64,000 bases of DNA from Eledone cirrhosa (taxonomy: Eukaryota). The stretch spans positions 377,270,001 through 377,334,000 of the forward strand of contig OZ024740.1 in the NCBI GenBank assembly GCA_964016885.1. The letters are read 5' to 3'. Below the pieces are notes generated by a model. The model saw only the letters and a program-made list of their open reading frames with translations. It had not been told where the DNA came from and made no database searches. This document shows, one piece after another, positions 61,421 through 64,000 of this stretch. Position numbers and translations under genes: made by a program. Every line of letters starts with the position of its first letter. Positions within the stretch are counted from its first letter, which is position 1.

Positions 61421-62860
61421 AATCTACCAAAATATACGGTAGTGCCCAATCCGTATGAAGAACTCAATGTAATCCAAATATCATGAAAAGAGATGTATTC
61501 AAAATTGTTTCGATGAAAAACAGGAAAACAGAGTAAAGATAAATTAATAAAAATAATGAATAAAAACAAAGAAACAGTTCCTTATATTAAAAAATTCATC
61601 ATTTTACGATCGTTTCTAGGATATATATGTGTGTGTTGCTATGTATATCATATAGATCTATGTAAAATTTTTACAAACTATCAGAGGAATATACATACCT
61701 ACTCATATATATACTGTCTTCAGAAATAATGATATTTGTTTATTGAAAAAAAACATCTAAGATTTAATATAATAGGTCTGTTTGGGAACAGGTTTTGAAT
61801 TGACCAATAGAAAGGTAGTAAGTGGTCAAGATGATAGAATAGTAGTAATAGAAATTTAATTTAGGGGTAGAGGAAAGCAGACTTCAGTTTTGAATGAAAA
61901 GAGTATTTTGAATGAAAAGATTACTTTGGGGATGAAAATAGGTCAAGCCGGTGAAAGGTACACGGAAATTTGATGTTATAAAAGAATAATGCTAATGTTA
62001 AAATCTAAGGAGAATAAAATTTTACGATAAATGTGTTAGTGAAAAATATCAATCTTATTTAAAACATAAGGAATTTACATCTATAAATAGAAAATAAATT
62101 AATATAATTGATAGGTATATTTCTATTGATAAATTTATATTAATTCATATAGATATGATAAATAAGAGTTAGATGTAATTGAAGAATGTTGTTAAAAACG
62201 AAGGGAAAAGAAAAAAAATAATAATAATTGGGGGGGGGGGGGGGATAAATGTATTAGTGAGAAATAACAAATTTATATAGATTACAAGGAATATAGATTC
62301 ATAACCTGAAATTAAAATAGTTTATATGTATACTTATTGGTATAAATTTTAGGAAAAGATAGCTGTAAAAGGGAAATAAAATTATGCAGTTCTTTAGTAG
62401 TAGAATATTAATTATAGGTTATATTAATTTTAATATTAATTTTGATATTAATTTAAAAAAAAAAAAAAATTTTATTATAATAATTTGTAAAGTGTATATT
62501 AATTAGGTTTATAATATTTAAAAGTTCTTCTAATTTTATGATTACATGATATAATTAATTCTTGTCGCTTATTTAATAGGATATCTTTAGATTTCATTAT
62601 TTCAAAAAGTTCCTGGGAACATAATCTACATTCATATCTATTATTTTGATAAAAGGGTGGCCCTTTTGAGTACACTCCAGGTCAGGTTATAATCGATATT
62701 CTTTTTTCTATAATTATTAATTATTTCAGCTAAGGATGTTGTAATAGCTAATGCGGCATTTTTAAAAAACGACTGAAGTGAAATAAAAGTAGTGCTTAGA
62801 TCAAACATGATCACTATCTTAAATTCAGATTTATTATAAATTTGTTTAAATTAGTTAACC
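61410..62860 (-). mobile_element. Decayed PLE 3' end (GIY-YIG C-terminus near 62540-62800, HHR remnant near 61600-61660)
   Basis: Reverse-complement translation TTSLAEII..YNLTWSVL..CRLCSQELFEIMKSKDILLNKRQE resembles the 41860 ORF; GAAACGATCGTA HHR half. Confidence 0.7.
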
Positions 62861-63695
62861 TATAATTCCACTTTGGAAAAGAGGATGCTCTGAAACTTCC
62901 GTACTCCCTTCCCTCCGGTGAAACTCTCGTGGCATTTAACAACATCAGAGACTTGGGAGTAACCGTGGACAGCAACATAAGCTGGGCCACGCATATAAGC
63001 AGCAAAGTTGACATGGCCCGCAGAATGTGTTCCTGGATCCTCAGAACCTTCCAGTCGAGAGATTCCCACACCATTATCTTTCTCTTCTCCACTTTTGCCC
63101 GACCACACCTTGAATACTGTTGTCCACTGTGGTCTCCCCACACGAAACAAAGTATCATGAAACTTGAAGCTCCCCAAAGGGCAATCACGAAAAAGATAGA
63201 TGGCATGTCAGACCTTGATTACTGGGGTCGACTAGAAAAGCTGAAACTTTACTCACTCCAACGTCGCCGTGAGCGTTATATTATCTGCATGATGTTTCAA
63301 ATGTTTCATCAGCACTGCCCAAATGATGTTGGCATCACCTTCAAAATACGCCCAAGGCTTAGGCCCCGTGCTATCCGTCCCAAACAAAAATTTAAATCGC
63401 AACTCATAAGAACAATACGGCACAATTATTTCACCTCAATTGGCCCTGCTCTCTTCAACATCACACCAGCACACGTCAAAACAGAAACTGACCACACAAA
63501 ATTCAAGAAGTCTTTGGACAAATTCCTCCAAGTAATCCCGGACAAACCACCCACACTCGGATATGTCTCCGCAAACAGTAATTCTCTTTTCGAATGGGCC
63601 ATGGCGCCCAAATCCTGAATTGAAATACTTCGCCAGGTGGTGCTATTAAGTTAGACATGGCCTGGGCCAATACTGGCCAAAGCATTTCAAAGTTA
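62861..63695 (+). mobile_element. 5'-truncated CR1 copy (RT C-terminus and 3' UTR), same family as 50097-55100
   Basis: ORF 62929-63618 (IRDLGV..RPHLEYCCPLWSP..SLQRRRER); the 3' UTR matches the reverse complement of 50135-50200. Confidence 0.9.
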
Positions 63696-63754
63696 TATAT
63701 ATATATATACATACATATAGATATATATACATACATATATATACAAATATATAC

Positions 63755-63785
<31 letters not shown>

Positions 63786-63796
63786 CATATATATAC

Positions 63797-63845
<49 letters not shown>

Positions 63846-63848
63846 CAC

Positions 63849-63879
<31 letters not shown>

Positions 63880-64000
63880 CACATATATATATATACATAT
63901 ATATACACATATATATATATACATATATATAAATATATATATATACATATATATACATACATATATATACATATATATATATACATATATATACATATAT
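63694..64000. repeat. (TA)n/(TACA) microsatellite
   Basis: Direct inspection. Confidence 0.95.

Overview
AT-rich eukaryotic intergenic or intronic DNA with no recognisable host gene exon. The tRNA-derived SINE family and the (TA)n/(TACA)n load resemble octopod cephalopod genomes (inference). The window is a nest of transposable elements, most of them sitting in (TA)n microsatellites: several RTE LINE fragments, an R4/Dong-like RLE LINE fragment, a near full-length CR1-clade LINE plus a truncated second copy, a complete hAT (Buster/Charlie-type) transposon, an internally deleted Helitron with both termini, tRNA-SINEs and many Penelope-like element (PLE) pieces. The most striking unannotated signal is about 20 type-I hammerhead ribozyme (HHR) motifs from roughly a dozen unrelated sequence families. 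They lie in PLE pseudo-LTRs, fold-back palindromes and a ~440-bp tandem retrozyme-like unit. Also notable are a CR1 ORF1 with a Myb/SANT-like domain plus two CCCH fingers (only partly shown in the ORF track) and a spacer-less ~1.8-kb palindrome of a GIY-YIG/HHR segment. The long Ile/Tyr-rich ORFs in the track are microsatellite artefacts. All calls were made by eye; no searches or folding programs were run.
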